Shown here: positions 38,119 through 46,693 of the stretch, in pieces
Numbering within the stretch: the stretch's first letter is position 1
Layout of the letters: each line of letters opens with the position of its first letter
Made by a program: the position numbers and the translations under genes
Source: Chthoniobacterales bacterium
Lineage (GTDB): Bacteria; Verrucomicrobiota; Verrucomicrobiia; Chthoniobacterales; DYNR01
Length of the DNA stretch: 64,000 nt
NCBI GenBank assembly: GCA_026418675.1
Contig: JAOAAX010000002.1
Coordinates: forward strand, 12,719-76,718
Reading direction: 5' to 3'
The notes under the pieces: model-generated
Seen by the model: only the letters and a program-made list of their open reading frames with translations
Told to the model about the DNA's origin: nothing
The model's database searches: none

Positions 38119-39025
38119 GCTTACCTCTTATCCTTTTTATCCACCCAACTTTCCTCAAAAGCGGAGTGCTCATTGGTCGAAAAAAAAACGTTTTTTGACA
38201 AACGGGTCAATAATAATTGTCCGCAATCTCATTTTTTTATTTTTGGCATTGGTGTTGGCATTTATGATTTCTGGTTGTGCGACGAAGGTTGAGAAGGTTG
38301 CCTCCCCTTTGCCTGGCCGGACATCGCAAACTGCGATCAAGAGTCGAGTGAGCGATAAAATCCTACAGCAACCTGTTTTTAATCCGCAGCAAATTAGTGG
38401 CCAGGGTTTGCCAACATATTACCGTTGGCCGCGCGGGTTTGTTCGGATTGCGATGCTTCCAATATTTACTGAGGTTCCGACGGGAGGAGCTCTTGATGAT
38501 CTTGATCAGATTTTTCGAGCGGAATGTGCAAAGCTACTTGACTTAGAAATAGTCCATGTGAGCCGATATGACATGTTGTCTCTTTTAGGGAAGGAACAAA
38601 TTGCATCAACTGCAATCATTCCAGAATTTTTTCTTAAGCGATTGAGGGAGGTGTATGATGTGCAGGGAGTGCTGTTTACGGATTTGACCATATTTCGCCC
38701 TTACCGCCCGATTAACATAGGGGTTCGTGCGAAACTTGTTCAGATACCCTCTATGGACATTCTCTGGAGTGCCGAGGGGATCATGGATTCAGCGGAACCC
38801 GGGATAGCTGCCTCTGCAGTGCAATTTGCTGAAAGAAATCTCAAATCTCCTGAGAAGAGTGCGGCACCTCTTATATTACAAAGTCCGCGTAGGTATGCTG
38901 CTTTTGTAGCAAATGGGATCTATGGGACGATGCCGAATGAAACTTTTGATAGGCAGGAATTTGAGAGGAGGTTTGGAGAGGGGGCAGCTAATTATCCTGC
39001 CCAGATTGGTGGAGCTTATTATTAA
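38108..39025 (+). CDS. Lipoprotein, DUF799/LpoB-like fold suspected
   Basis: The signal and lipobox are LFLALVLAFMISGC. The pattern IAMLPIF.....DDLDQIF......LDLEIV....(~45 aa)...VQGVLFTDLTIF......IGVRAKLVQIPSMDILWS resembles DUF799-type lipoproteins, judged from memory. The ORF overlaps the cheB end by 11 nt, and the exact start is uncertain. Confidence 0.55.
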   Translation: MQPELTSYPFYPPNFPQKRSAHWSKKKRFLTNGSIIIVRNLIFLFLALVLAFMISGCATKVEKVASPLPGRTSQTAIKSRVSDKILQQPVFNPQQISGQGLPTYYRWPRGFVRIAMLPIFTEVPTGGALDDLDQIFRAECAKLLDLEIVHVSRYDMLSLLGKEQIASTAIIPEFFLKRLREVYDVQGVLFTDLTIFRPYRPINIGVRAKLVQIPSMDILWSAEGIMDSAEPGIAASAVQFAERNLKSPEKSAAPLILQSPRRYAAFVANGIYGTMPNETFDRQEFERRFGEGAANYPAQIGGAYY

Positions 39026-39070
39026 AGGTTAAGCCTTTTTTAGGACAAGTTAGTCTTTTTATATTTTAAA

Positions 39071-41665
39071 TTATTCTAATCTCAGAGCTTCTGCTGGTTG
39101 TATTTGGGCTGCTTTCCAAGCGGGGAAAAGCGCAGCGAGAAGAGCCAAAGAAGTTACCCAAAGAGGGATTGTGGACAAGAAGGGGAGAGGATAGAGGAGA
39201 TTGATTGTCCATCCGAAAAAGGCTTTGTTGATGACGTAAGTCAGGACGAGTGCGAGCGAAGCGCCTCCGATAATCCCAAAGAAGCTTGCAGCTAATCCGA
39301 GGGCAGCGGATTCAGCTAGGACAAGAAGTGTGATTTGAGAGCGGGAGGCGCCGATTGCTCGAAGGAGTGCGATTTCCCAGGATCTTTCTCGGATGAGGAT
39401 TCCAAAACTAAAAAGAACACCTGAGATAGCAACGACTATAGCGACGAGCCTGAGGACCTCGGTTACTGCGAAAGTTGAGTCGAAAATTTCGCCGACGCGC
39501 TGTTTGAGTTGGAGGTTCGAGTAGATGGAGATGGGCAGGGAGGATTCAGCCAATCTGTTAAGGAAGGCGTGGAATTGAGCGAAATTAGTTCCCTGTTTGA
39601 GGTAGATGGCGAGAGAGTGAGCCTGTGAGTTTCCTCCATTGCGGACATAATTATCTAGAGAAATCATGATTGTTCCTGAATCTCGAGTGTAGTCACGGAA
39701 AACTCCGGCAATTTCGAAGAGCTGTTGACCATTTGGTAGGGGAAGGGAGATTTTTTGCCCTTTGTGAACTTGGAAACGTTGGGCAAAGCTTTCGGAAATT
39801 AAGGCAGCGTTTTCTTGCTTTAGCCGATCGGAGGCAGGGGGTGGTTCTTTATCGAGGAGGACGAGTTTTCCTCTTGCTGGGCCATCAAGGATAACAAGGG
39901 AGGCAGGCAGGTTATTGTAAACGATTGGGATTTCGCGGAATTTTGTTAACAATTTCACTGATTCGTTAGTTTGGATGGTGGAGATAAGGGAATCTGGAAG
40001 GAAAGCTTGTGGACCTGCAATTTCATTTACGGCTGGGGCGAGATAAAAATCAGCCAGAAGGGTATGATCAAGCCACTGCTGGACACTTTTTCGGAAGGAA
40101 TGAATCATGACGGCTATGCTTACGAGCATGGCGAGGGCGGCAGCTAGTGCAGCGATAGTTATGCTGTTGCGGTAAAGGGAGCGGACGAGGTTTTTCGCTC
40201 CGAGGTTTAAAAGCGGAGTTTTCTGTAAAAAAGCGTTTGCAAATGCGGTCGTGATTTTTGTGAGGCAGAATGGAATAATGAGCGAAATACCTAGTAGGAG
40301 AGTGAAAGCTGAGCAGAAACCGAGCCAGCCGTTGCAGAATTGAATGCCGAATAGAGAGAAAGCAAGAGAGGAAGCTAATAAACAACTTCCCAATATGAGA
40401 TGGGAGCGGAATTTTGGCTCTGCATGAGTGGCAAGATGCCCTGGATGCAAGGCTTGTTTGGGGTCAACGGTGGTTGCTTCGCGTGAGGGAAACCATGCTG
40501 CTATGAGTGCAGTTGAAATGCCCAAAGAAAGGCATAACCCAACTTCCAGAGGGGTTAGTGAAGTGGGTGCAGGATTGAGTGGGGTGTATAGAGAAGTGAT
40601 TGTCTGAGTTGTGAGTTTGGCTAAAAGCTTGCCGACGGGGAGGGCAAGGAGTGCACCAAGCAGTCCACCAATAAGACCAGCCAGTGCTGCTTCGGCGAGA
40701 AAAATTCCCTGCAAAAAAGATTTATTAGTCCCAATTGCACGGAGAATGCCAATTTCTGTTCTCCGACGTAAGACGGAGGCTGAGACAGTGTTGTAAATGA
40801 GATAAGAGCCGACGAGGAGAGAAACCATGCTTAAAGCAGATAAGTTCGTCTGAAAAGCTGCAACCATTTTTTCCATTTGTTGTGAACGACGCGCTGGTGG
40901 TTGGACAATGACATCGGCAGGAAGAATAGCTTGGAGTTTTTGTGTGATAATTTCTTTCGGGGTTTCCGGGTGGAGGATGATTTGAATAGAGGTTAGGTAA
41001 CCTACGGAATCTGCAAGTTCTTGTGCCCATGCTATATCCATGAAAGCGTAGTTAGCATTTGTCCCGCTGTTTATCGGGAGAGCAGAATGAATGAGGAAGC
41101 TGGGATAGAGATTTTTGGTGCCTTTCGGGGTATGGACTCTGATGGGCTTTTCGCCGGAGAAGATATTGTTGTCAGTTATTTTGTGAAGATCAGGGAAGAC
41201 GGCGATGGAGTTGGGGTTGGTGAACCACTTTTCGAGATCGGGATTGGAACCATTTGGTGCTGTTAATTTGTAAGGGCGAAGTTTACCGGAAGCGAAAGGA
41301 TCAATCCCTAGGATGCGAATCCATCCTGTTTTGACATCTGGTGTAGTGGCAATGAATTCGAAAACAGGAGTGGCTTCTTGAATTCCTTCGATGGATTGAA
41401 TTTTTGTGATAATGTGGTCGGGAATTCTGCCACGGATTTCGAGGTCTGCTTGACCGGAGACGAGGCGGACAGTGGAACGAAAGGATTCGACAGCGCTGCG
41501 ATTGGACAAGTGAATAGCCGCAACGACACCCACACCGAGTGCGATGCTGCTGAGGTTGATTAGGGTAAAAAGTCGATGCTTGAGAACGACTCGTCCAACG
41601 AGGCGATAAAAGAGCAGGAGGAGATTTTGTAAAAGGATGAGTTTATCGAGGTATAGGATTTTCAC
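39071..41665 (-). CDS. ABC transporter permease with two FtsX/MacB-type domains (YbbP-like)
   Basis: The 864-aa protein has two copies of the FtsX 4-TM module (..RRTEIGILRAIG... and ..RSWEIALLRAIG...), each preceded by a large extracytoplasmic domain. It has a GTG start. Confidence 0.85.
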   Translation of the reverse strand: MKILYLDKLILLQNLLLLFYRLVGRVVLKHRLFTLINLSSIALGVGVVAAIHLSNRSAVESFRSTVRLVSGQADLEIRGRIPDHIITKIQSIEGIQEATPVFEFIATTPDVKTGWIRILGIDPFASGKLRPYKLTAPNGSNPDLEKWFTNPNSIAVFPDLHKITDNNIFSGEKPIRVHTPKGTKNLYPSFLIHSALPINSGTNANYAFMDIAWAQELADSVGYLTSIQIILHPETPKEIITQKLQAILPADVIVQPPARRSQQMEKMVAAFQTNLSALSMVSLLVGSYLIYNTVSASVLRRRTEIGILRAIGTNKSFLQGIFLAEAALAGLIGGLLGALLALPVGKLLAKLTTQTITSLYTPLNPAPTSLTPLEVGLCLSLGISTALIAAWFPSREATTVDPKQALHPGHLATHAEPKFRSHLILGSCLLASSLAFSLFGIQFCNGWLGFCSAFTLLLGISLIIPFCLTKITTAFANAFLQKTPLLNLGAKNLVRSLYRNSITIAALAAALAMLVSIAVMIHSFRKSVQQWLDHTLLADFYLAPAVNEIAGPQAFLPDSLISTIQTNESVKLLTKFREIPIVYNNLPASLVILDGPARGKLVLLDKEPPPASDRLKQENAALISESFAQRFQVHKGQKISLPLPNGQQLFEIAGVFRDYTRDSGTIMISLDNYVRNGGNSQAHSLAIYLKQGTNFAQFHAFLNRLAESSLPISIYSNLQLKQRVGEIFDSTFAVTEVLRLVAIVVAISGVLFSFGILIRERSWEIALLRAIGASRSQITLLVLAESAALGLAASFFGIIGGASLALVLTYVINKAFFGWTINLLYPLPFLSTIPLWVTSLALLAALFPAWKAAQIQPAEALRLE

Positions 41666-41891
41666 GTCATAGATTCGTTTAAGTTTTGCTAGTGAAGTGA
41701 TGTTGGGAAGTGGAGAGGGACTAGTGCCAGTTGTTAGGTTGACAGATAGGGAGGAGAGGTAGGGAGAAAGCTATAAAGAAATACGGCGTTTGGTGCTTTG
41801 AGAGGCGAGAAGAAAGAAGTTTTTTAGCCCCTTTTTTAGGATTTGAAGGTCTGTAATTGTAACGACTTGAGGGGAAGACTGGTAAATAGGA

Positions 41892-42845
41892 CTAGGGGAA
41901 ATTTGGTGAAGGTAGTTGCTCGAGGATTTTGCGAGCAAGTAAGCAATCTTCGGCGATTTGGGTGCGGAGTTGGTCGAGTGAGGCGAACTTTATTTCGTTG
42001 CGTATTTTCTGAACGAAGCGAATTTCAAGTGGCTTATCGTAGATTTCTCGTGAAAAATTGAGGATATGGACCTCAAGTAAGCGGTGTTTGGAGTGCGGGT
42101 CAATAGTTGGGCGAAGGCCGATGTTAGCGACAGCGGGGAGCCAATGGGAATGAGGAGGTCTTGCAAAAGCGGCATAGACGCCATCTGGAGGGAGTGCGTA
42201 ATTGTCAGCAGGGAGGTTAGCAGTTGGGAATCCGATTTGGCGGCCAAGTTGTGCGCCTCTGATGATATTGAGGCGAATGGTGTGTGGTCTTCCTAAAAGA
42301 GTGTCTGCTAGAGAGAAATTGGCTGAGAGGATGGCTTGGCGGATTCGGGTGCTGCTGATGGGGATGCCGTCATGGTGGACAAAAGGAGCCTTAGTGACGA
42401 TAAGGTTGAATTGCTGAGCAATTGATTGGAGGTGGGCCATGTTCCCTTTTCGTTCAGAACCGAAGGTCCAGTTTTCGCCTGCGCAGATGCCCCGGACTTT
42501 TTGGGTGGAGGTGATTTTGGTAAGGAAGTCGTTCCAAGGTGTAGCAGCTAGTTGCGGATCGAAGGGAATTTCGAGGATGAGCTTTGCGCCGAATTTGGCG
42601 AGCAACTCGAGTTTTTGCTCGCGCGGTGTAATGAGGGGTGGAGCGAGTGAGGGGTTACACAGGACAGTGACGGGGTGGGGGTTGAAGGTAAGGACGCCAG
42701 GTATAGCTTGAATCTGACTGGAAATTTGGATTGCGAGGTTAAGAATTGAGCGGTGGCCTAGGTGGACACCATCGAAGACACCTGCAGCCAGGACACAAGG
42801 TGGAGCTGTGGAGAGGAAATTATCGATGTCTTGGTAAAGAATCAT
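41892..42845 (-). CDS. ribF: Bifunctional riboflavin kinase / FMN adenylyltransferase
   Basis: GVFDGVHLGHRSIL, GFPTANL and a C-terminal kinase domain are present. The ATG at 42845 overlaps the hisH stop (ATGA), and the upstream ORF extension is Pro/basic-rich with no RibF counterpart. Confidence 0.9.
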   Translation of the reverse strand: MILYQDIDNFLSTAPPCVLAAGVFDGVHLGHRSILNLAIQISSQIQAIPGVLTFNPHPVTVLCNPSLAPPLITPREQKLELLAKFGAKLILEIPFDPQLAATPWNDFLTKITSTQKVRGICAGENWTFGSERKGNMAHLQSIAQQFNLIVTKAPFVHHDGIPISSTRIRQAILSANFSLADTLLGRPHTIRLNIIRGAQLGRQIGFPTANLPADNYALPPDGVYAAFARPPHSHWLPAVANIGLRPTIDPHSKHRLLEVHILNFSREIYDKPLEIRFVQKIRNEIKFASLDQLRTQIAEDCLLARKILEQLPSPNFP

Positions 42846-43549
42846 TTGCGGATTTGGGAGCGCAGAAATTCCACAAAATTTTTTAGGATACCAAGGCCGA
42901 CGGTTTGGCTTTTTTCGGGGTGGAATTGGACAGCCTGAATGGGGCCGCACCCGGCTGCTGCGGCGAAGCGTTCACCAGCGTATTCGCACCAAGCTGTAAT
43001 GATGCCGGTATCATGCGGGATGGGACGATAGGAATGAACAAAATAGACAAAGGAGCCTTGATTTGAAGGAGTGAAAAGAGGAGAACTTGATCCTAAATAA
43101 ATTTGATTCCAACCGATGTGAGGAATTTTTACACCGGGTTTGGAGGGGAAACGGCGGACGGTGCCTTTCCAGTAAGCAAGTCCTTGGATGCCAGGGCTTT
43201 CTTCACTTTGTTCGAAGAGGATTTGATAGCCGAGGCATATGCCGAGGTAGGGGCGTTGGTCGTTGAGCCAGTTGAGAAGGTGGTTCCAGAAGCCACGTAT
43301 TTGGAGGCCAGCGATGCAATCACCAAAGGCACCGACACCAGGTAAGACGAGAGCGTCGAAGGATGGGAATTGGTCTGGGGAAGAGAGGATGGTGACGTTG
43401 GCGCCAACGGATTGTAGGGCGCGGAAGACGCTTCGGAGATTTCCGCGGCCGTAGTCTATGAGAGCGATTTTTGGGGAGGTATTGGAATAGGGGGAACATG
43501 TTGGAGAGGAGGGGAGGGTGATAGTTGATGGATTGGAGGAGGAGTTCAC
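42842..43549 (-). CDS. hisH: Imidazole glycerol phosphate synthase, glutamine amidotransferase subunit
   Basis: KIALIDYGRGNLRSV, LPGVGAFG, the nucleophile Cys in ICLGYQ and VQFHPEKS are present. No ATG/GTG/TTG lies next to the conserved N-terminus. The nearest in-frame start is the GTG at 43549, which gives a 26-aa Ser/Pro/Thr extension; the alternative is the ATG at 43696. Confidence 0.85.
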   Translation of the reverse strand: MNSSSNPSTITLPSSPTCSPYSNTSPKIALIDYGRGNLRSVFRALQSVGANVTILSSPDQFPSFDALVLPGVGAFGDCIAGLQIRGFWNHLLNWLNDQRPYLGICLGYQILFEQSEESPGIQGLAYWKGTVRRFPSKPGVKIPHIGWNQIYLGSSSPLFTPSNQGSFVYFVHSYRPIPHDTGIITAWCEYAGERFAAAAGCGPIQAVQFHPEKSQTVGLGILKNFVEFLRSQIRK

Positions 43550-43562
43550 GAGGAGGAGGTTT

Positions 43563-44180
43563 TTAAAGGGAGCCTTTCGTGCTTGGTATGCCAGGGACAA
43601 ATGGGTCGAATTGGATGGCCATTCGGAGAGCACGGCCGATACCTTTGAAGATTGCTTCTGCTGCGTGGTGGGAATCGCGACCTTCAAGTAAGTCAATGTG
43701 AAGAGTAATAGCTGCGTTTGTTGCCAGAGCGCGGGAGAATTCTTCGACGAGTTGGAAGGGGAATTGGCCGACAGGAGGGAAATCTCGGATTGTGGAGAAG
43801 CGGAGGAATGGTCTGCCGCTGCAGTCTAAGACCACGCGAGCAAGAGCTTCATCCATTGGGAGATAAATCCAGCCGTAACGTTGGATGGAGCGTTTGTCGC
43901 CGAGGGCTTGTGAGATTGCAGAACCGAGGGTGATGCCTGTGTCTTCGACGGTATGGTGGAAATCTACATTGAGGTCACCTTTTGAGGAGATTTCTGCGTC
44001 GAAGAGAGCATGGGAACATAAGAGTGTAAGCATGTGATCGAAGAAACCTATGCCTGTAGAGATTTGGGTTTGGCCGGTGCCGTCGAGGTTGATGGAAATA
44101 TTGACGGAAGTTTCCTTCGTTTGGCGGTGAATGGAGGCGGTGCGTGATTTGAAAGGAGAATGTGATGGATGAGAGGTCAT
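43563..44180 (-). CDS. hisB: Imidazoleglycerol-phosphate dehydratase (monofunctional)
   Basis: RQTKETSVNISINLDG, GFFDHML, HHTVEDTGI and HHAAEAIFK motifs are present. The ATG at 44180 is preferred over the 62-codon Pro/His/Ser-rich upstream extension. Confidence 0.9.
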   Translation of the reverse strand: MTSHPSHSPFKSRTASIHRQTKETSVNISINLDGTGQTQISTGIGFFDHMLTLLCSHALFDAEISSKGDLNVDFHHTVEDTGITLGSAISQALGDKRSIQRYGWIYLPMDEALARVVLDCSGRPFLRFSTIRDFPPVGQFPFQLVEEFSRALATNAAITLHIDLLEGRDSHHAAEAIFKGIGRALRMAIQFDPFVPGIPSTKGSL

Positions 44181-44227
44181 GTGATGAGGAATTTTGGGCG
44201 TAGTTTGTGCGTGTGAGGAAGGGGATT

Positions 44228-45553
44228 TCAAGATGGTGGAATGGTTGGGGGAGGTTTTATTGTGGATGTTGATGTAACTATTGAAGGGCGTGATTGAATG
44301 CAGAATTTGGCGAGCCAGAGAGCGAAGATGAGGGTGAGGAGGGCTTTGAGCCAAAGGTTGGTCCAATTGTGAATGGGTCCGTAACTGTCGGAGCCGAGAG
44401 AAAGTAAATAAAGGGCGAGGACTATGGGGGTGGCTGTTTTATCGGAGATTTGGATTGTTTTTGTTTGGTTTGAGGGACGAGAACAGGAGGAGTGTGCGAG
44501 GATGGGGGAGGAAGGAAGTGGGGGAGTGGATGTTTTTAATGCTGGGAGAGATAGGAGAGCAGTCAACCAGGCGACAGAAGGTGTGAGTAGGATGTAAGAA
44601 TTGGCTTCGGTTCTTGGATTGAAGAGCATGAGGTAGGTTGTCGCAAGTGCGAGGGTGAGGAACTCGCGGAGTGGGGATGGGTGATTGCGAGTTGCTGACC
44701 AGGCGAGTGCCAAGGTAACTAAGGCGGCGACGGATCGTAGGAGAAACCAAAATGTTTGCGGGAGGTGAATTCCGAGGGTTCTCGCGAGGCCTGTGAGGTC
44801 GCAATATTCGTGGGCAATATGCAAGGTTGAGGATATTAGGACGTGGGAGAATGAGGTGTATTGATTGAGGACATAGGAGGGCTTTGGATGAATGAAAGGG
44901 GCGAGCAGGAAAAGGCAAGTTCCGAAGAGTGTTGGTAGCAGGAATCTTGGGAAAACTGTTGCAACGAGGAGGAGGAAGATGAGCGCATGTGGTTTGAGGG
45001 CAGTGGCTAGGAGGAGGAGGAGGAGAGGGCGGATGGTGAGATTTCGAGAGAGGTCAATAGTGGCGTGGAGGAGAAGGGCGCTGAGGAGGAGGTTCATTTG
45101 GCCGTTTGCTGCGCTTGCAAAGCTGGACGGGATGGTAAGGATTGAGAGGAGGGCGAAGGTATTAGTGGAGGGATAAGCTGGTAGGATTTTTGCTGAACGC
45201 CAGATAGCCCAAGCGAGAGTGGTGAGGCTGACGATTCGCCAAAGCGGTTCGCCGATGCGTTTTGGTGGTAGAACAAAAGGGGTGTAGATGATGGCTGCGT
45301 GTGGGAGGTAAAGGAAACCGGACTTTTTGCTGATGTAGATGGATTGTTCGCCATGCCACCATTTTTCTGCTGCTTGGCGGTAGTTGGGAGTTACCGTGCG
45401 TTTATCGGGGTGGATAGCTACGAGGGAGGCGAGGATAAGTGCGTAGATCAGCCAGATTAGCCATGCGGTTTTGGCACTATGTGGGGATGTTGCCCAGCGA
45501 GCAAAACGTAAGTAAGGGGAGGTAATTGAACGAAGTGATAATGTTGTCCGCAT
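44228..45553 (-). CDS. Polytopic GT-C-type glycosyltransferase, GT87/DUF2029-like
   Basis: The protein has ~10-12 TM helices. The NGQMNLLLSALLL motif and overall layout resemble DUF2029/mannosyltransferase family 87, judged from memory. It has a Ser/Thr/Pro-rich insert and tail. Confidence 0.6.
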   Translation of the reverse strand: MRTTLSLRSITSPYLRFARWATSPHSAKTAWLIWLIYALILASLVAIHPDKRTVTPNYRQAAEKWWHGEQSIYISKKSGFLYLPHAAIIYTPFVLPPKRIGEPLWRIVSLTTLAWAIWRSAKILPAYPSTNTFALLSILTIPSSFASAANGQMNLLLSALLLHATIDLSRNLTIRPLLLLLLATALKPHALIFLLLVATVFPRFLLPTLFGTCLFLLAPFIHPKPSYVLNQYTSFSHVLISSTLHIAHEYCDLTGLARTLGIHLPQTFWFLLRSVAALVTLALAWSATRNHPSPLREFLTLALATTYLMLFNPRTEANSYILLTPSVAWLTALLSLPALKTSTPPLPSSPILAHSSCSRPSNQTKTIQISDKTATPIVLALYLLSLGSDSYGPIHNWTNLWLKALLTLIFALWLAKFCIQSRPSIVTSTSTIKPPPTIPPS

Positions 45554-45807
45554 AAGAATTTAATAATAGATAAGAATATCAAAAAACTTTTTGGGTTTTA
45601 CGAGAGGTTTTGAGGTTGGGATGTGGGAAGGCCGGACCGCTAATTGGCGGGAGAATTTTATAAAGTATGGAGGATTGGGGTGAGGGTAAGGGGTATGGAA
45701 GGTGTGGGGATTGGCCCAAGGAGGGAGATTTTTGGAATATTGGGGGCTGGAGGTGATGGAATTGATTGGAAATGACAAGTATGTCCGTTATTTTTTTTAA
45801 ATGAAAT

Positions 45808-46302
45808 TTAATTTAGATAAATTTGTTTATTATTTTGTATCAAGGGAGGGAAGTATCGGAGGAGGAGTTGGATTTCGGTGGGGGATATTCCGCCTGGGAC
45901 ATAGAGGATTCCATCGCGGATGGGGCGGTCTATTTTGAGGGTTGTCAGTAATCTGTTATTGAAAAGGACGACGACGGATTGAGTTTGGTTTGAGGAGGAG
46001 ACGGCTTCCCAGGAGCGGGAGGCGTGTGAGTTGAGTTTGAAGTAAGCGCCGAAGGAGCCGTCTGCTGCTGGAATAGGGTGGAGTGCGATGATATGGCGTT
46101 CGTCGAAGATAGGTATTTTTTCCAAAGTAATAAAACCCGAGGGAGTTGGAGCTGGGTAACGGATAGAGAAGGGGGGGGGTAGGGAGGGGGGGGCAACGGC
46201 ATGGACGCTTAAGGGGAATGGGGGGCGTTTTTTTGTGGCTGCCGAGGAAATGGTTGGTGCGATGAGGAGCAATGAGAGGATGAGAAGGAGAGCAGGGTTC
46301 AT
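45808..46302 (-). CDS. Small secreted protein of unknown function (possible SecD/SecF P1-head-like fold)
   Basis: The signal peptide is MNPALLLILSLLLIAPTISSA. The C-terminal half, SVVVLFNNRLLTTLKIDRPIRDGILYVPGGISPTEIQLL, resembles the SecDF periplasmic head pattern (xAIVLDxxVxSAPxIxxxIxGGxxxIxGxFxxxEAxxLA). The coding sequence contains C8 and C9 homopolymers. Confidence 0.55.
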   Translation of the reverse strand: MNPALLLILSLLLIAPTISSAATKKRPPFPLSVHAVAPPSLPPPFSIRYPAPTPSGFITLEKIPIFDERHIIALHPIPAADGSFGAYFKLNSHASRSWEAVSSSNQTQSVVVLFNNRLLTTLKIDRPIRDGILYVPGGISPTEIQLLLRYFPPLIQNNKQIYLN

Positions 46303-46390
46303 GTTTTTGAAGGATTATGGAGCTGTTTTTTGGTCGAGAGAGGAGAAAAAATTTTGACGTTGGGAGAGAAATTTGGGAAGATAGGGGGAT

Positions 46391-46666
46391 ATGAAGTGTC
46401 TTCCTCCCTGTGTGCTTGCTTTGTTTGTTTTTGGGTTGGGTTTAGGAATGGCGGAGCCTGTGGTTGAATTAACAAATCATACGTTGTTGGGGAAGACATT
46501 GTCTGCCAATTCGGTGGTGACACGTGGGCGATGGGGGACGCCGATGATGCCTAATCGAGTTTGCGGGTATAGTTTGAAAGAAGAGATAGTGGAGGAGTTT
46601 GTTAAGAGGAGCTTGTTTTTGCCGCCGGCGAAAGGGGATAAGGTTTATGTGCCTGAGAAAAAATGA
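46391..46666 (+). CDS. Hypothetical small secreted protein
   Basis: The signal-peptide-like N-terminus is MKCLPPCVLALFVFGLGLGMA. A Shine-Dalgarno-like aggggga sits just upstream of the ATG, and the coding-strand composition matches neighbouring + genes. I recognised no homology. Confidence 0.45.
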   Translation: MKCLPPCVLALFVFGLGLGMAEPVVELTNHTLLGKTLSANSVVTRGRWGTPMMPNRVCGYSLKEEIVEEFVKRSLFLPPAKGDKVYVPEKK

Positions 46667-46693
46667 GGGGAATGGTTAGAAATTAGGACCGAT

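Noticed and set aside
45677-45709. G-quadruplex-type motif GGGG-tga-GGG-taa-GGGG-n12-GGGG in the intergenic region upstream of the GT87-like gene.
   Set aside because: The whole + strand here is G-rich, so such runs are expected by chance. One loop is 12 nt long, and nothing in the sequence supports a function.
45560-46523. ORFs 45560-45778 (-) and 46299-46523 (-) as real small genes.
   Set aside because: They have low-complexity Pro-rich products, no RBS or signal features, and no recognisable homology. The second overlaps the better-supported + strand signal-peptide ORF 46391-46666.
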